Below are positions 30,849-32,000 of a DNA stretch of 32,000 bases, in pieces. Below the pieces are notes generated by a model. It searched no databases. It had not been told where the DNA came from and saw only the letters and a list, made by a program, of their open reading frames with translations. This DNA is from Methanopyrus kandleri AV19 (lineage in GTDB: Archaea > JAADCQ01 > Methanopyri > Methanopyrales > Methanopyraceae). Position 1 is the first letter of the stretch, and each line of letters begins with the position of its first letter. The DNA lies in contig NC_003551.1 of assembly GCF_000007185.1 (NCBI RefSeq), forward strand, positions 690,001 through 722,000, in the 5' to 3' direction. Made by a program: the position numbers and the translations under genes.

Positions 30849-32000
30849 TTACATCCGCTCCAGCGTCGGAATTCCGAGGAGATTCATCAGGTTCTCCGCC
30901 ACGATCGTGAATGCCTCTACGAGCTTCAGTCGCGCCTCCCGTACTTCATCGTCCTCAACGTGCAGCACGGGAACCTCCTCGTAGAACGTGTGGAACGTCT
31001 TCGCCAGGTCGTACGCGTACTCGGCGAGGATGTCCGGGCGCCGCTTGCGCACGCACTGGGCTACGTGGCGTGGGAACTTCGACATCTTGAGGATCAACTC
31101 GAACGAGTGATCGTCGTTCAAGTATGCCGCATCGAAGCGGTTCACCTCCTCGTCTGCCTTCCGGAGGATCGACTTGGCCCTCGCGTAAGCGTACTGGATG
31201 AACGGTCCACCACGACGGAAGTCGAGGGCTTCGTCCCAGTCGAACTCTATCGGTTTGTTGGGACTCACTCTGGCGATAGCGAAGCGTACGGCCCCTATGG
31301 CGATCTCCTCCGCGATCTTCTCTCGCTCCTCGTCGCTCAGTTCCTCCGCTACGCCCGCTGCCTTCATCTTCTCGAGTGCGCGCTTCTTGGCTTCCTCCAG
31401 GAACTCGTCGAGCGTCACGTATCTACCCTTCCTAGTAGACATCGATCCTTCCGGCAGATGGATGAACTCGTAGAACACCACGTCGATACGGTCGGGGTTC
31501 TCCTCGAGCATGTCCAGTACGGCCCGTAGCTGTTCGACCGCTAACTTGTGATCCGCTCCTAGCACGTCTACCACGAACGTGGCTCGTCCGAGCTTCCAGA
31601 GGTGATAGGCGATGTCACGGGTGGTGTACAGCGTAGTGCCGTCGCTGCGCGTGAGTACGAGCTCCTTGTCGATTCCGTAGTCTTCCAGGTCGACTACCAC
31701 GGCTCCATCCTCGCGCTCCTCCGCGACTCCCATGTCCAGCAGCTTCTCCACGATCTCCAGTGCATCGCGCGCGAACTCGCTCTCGTACACGAATCGGTCA
31801 TGCGCCACCCGGAGGCGCTCCAGCGTTTGGATGTGCCCTCTCAGACACTCCTCCACTACGGTCTGGAACGCGTCGGCGATGCGCTCCGCTCGAGATTCTT
31901 CCTCCACTAGGTAACGTTCGTACGATCTCAGGAACCTCTCGACTACTTCCTCCAGCTCGGGATCTTCCTCGATCTCACGCGCGGCTTCAGTGTACAGCTT
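30849..32000 (-). CDS. argS: Arginyl-tRNA synthetase, C-terminal ~380 aa; 5' end outside window
   Basis: The frame stays open from the listed GTG at 31907 to base 32000 (KLYTEAAREIEEDPELEEVVERFLRSYERYL...). ArgRS catalytic-core and DALR anticodon-binding sequence is present (FVYESEF, TRDIAYH, GADH, MSTRKG, and a C-terminal ...LLGIPTLERM). Confidence 0.9.
   Translation of the reverse strand, partial: KLYTEAAREIEEDPELEEVVERFLRSYERYLVEEESRAERIADAFQTVVEECLRGHIQTLERLRVAHDRFVYESEFARDALEIVEKLLDMGVAEEREDGAVVVDLEDYGIDKELVLTRSDGTTLYTTRDIAYHLWKLGRATFVVDVLGADHKLAVEQLRAVLDMLEENPDRIDVVFYEFIHLPEGSMSTRKGRYVTLDEFLEEAKKRALEKMKAAGVAEELSDEEREKIAEEIAIGAVRFAIARVSPNKPIEFDWDEALDFRRGGPFIQYAYARAKSILRKADEEVNRFDAAYLNDDHSFELILKMSKFPRHVAQCVRKRRPDILAEYAYDLAKTFHTFYEEVPVLHVEDDEVREARLKLVEAFTIVAENLMNLLGIPTLERM

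Noticed and set aside
30783-31529. 248-aa plus-strand ORF antisense to argS
   Set aside because: It lies opposite a clear ArgRS sequence ending in the family-typical C-terminal Met. The composition and lack of motifs indicate a shadow ORF.
1-32000. CRISPR arrays, IS/transposase genes, integrases, rRNA genes, inteins, in-frame TGA (selenocysteine) or TAG recoding
   Set aside because: I found no regularly spaced direct repeats, no transposase- or integrase-like ORF, and no gene interrupted by a stop or by an intein-like insertion. Every recognised gene has family-typical length, apart from the Nob1 homologue, which lacks its zinc ribbon.

Overview
High-GC, very gene-dense archaeal chromosome segment. 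Gene content, acidic protein style and a tRNA with a genomic C8 fit a hyperthermophilic, pseudomurein-walled methanogen of the Methanopyrus type; the organism call is inference. I support about 38 genes in five co-directional blocks. (1) 1-10260 (+): CODH/ACS cdhD (5' truncated) and cdhE, a sugar-nucleotide epimerase, a CooF-like ferredoxin, cooC, 2-oxoglutarate:ferredoxin oxidoreductase korDABG, succinyl-CoA synthetase sucCD, a GHMP kinase (probably pantoate kinase), and a 58-aa CooT-like ORF missing from the ORF track. (2) 10349-13521 (-): aIF5A, agmatinase, deoxyhypusine synthase, a small membrane protein and pyrF. These are divergent from (3) 13596-15874 (+): pdaD, an IMPase-like/MazG fusion and NAD kinase. 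(4) 15968-19587: a histone-fold protein (-), then Nob1-PIN, a retropepsin-like/deformylase-like fusion, hemC, dphB and UPF0212 (+). (5) 19592-30403 (-): a nine-gene array with minimal spacers, in the order gltX, PP-loop ATPase, Mur-ligase-like (MurT-type Cys4 ribbon), ATP-grasp, MraY-like transferase, second Mur-ligase-like, POTRA/FtsQ-like anchored protein, exported Ntn/DUF1028-like protein, polytopic membrane protein. Block 5 reads as a pseudomurein counterpart of the bacterial dcw cluster. Its exported and membrane members and the PP-loop enzyme are the best candidates for undescribed functions. The window ends with tRNA-Lys(UUU) (+) and the 3' part of argS (-). I found no CRISPR array, IS element, rRNA gene or in-frame stop. 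All homology statements come from reading motifs by eye and need profile or structure searches to confirm.
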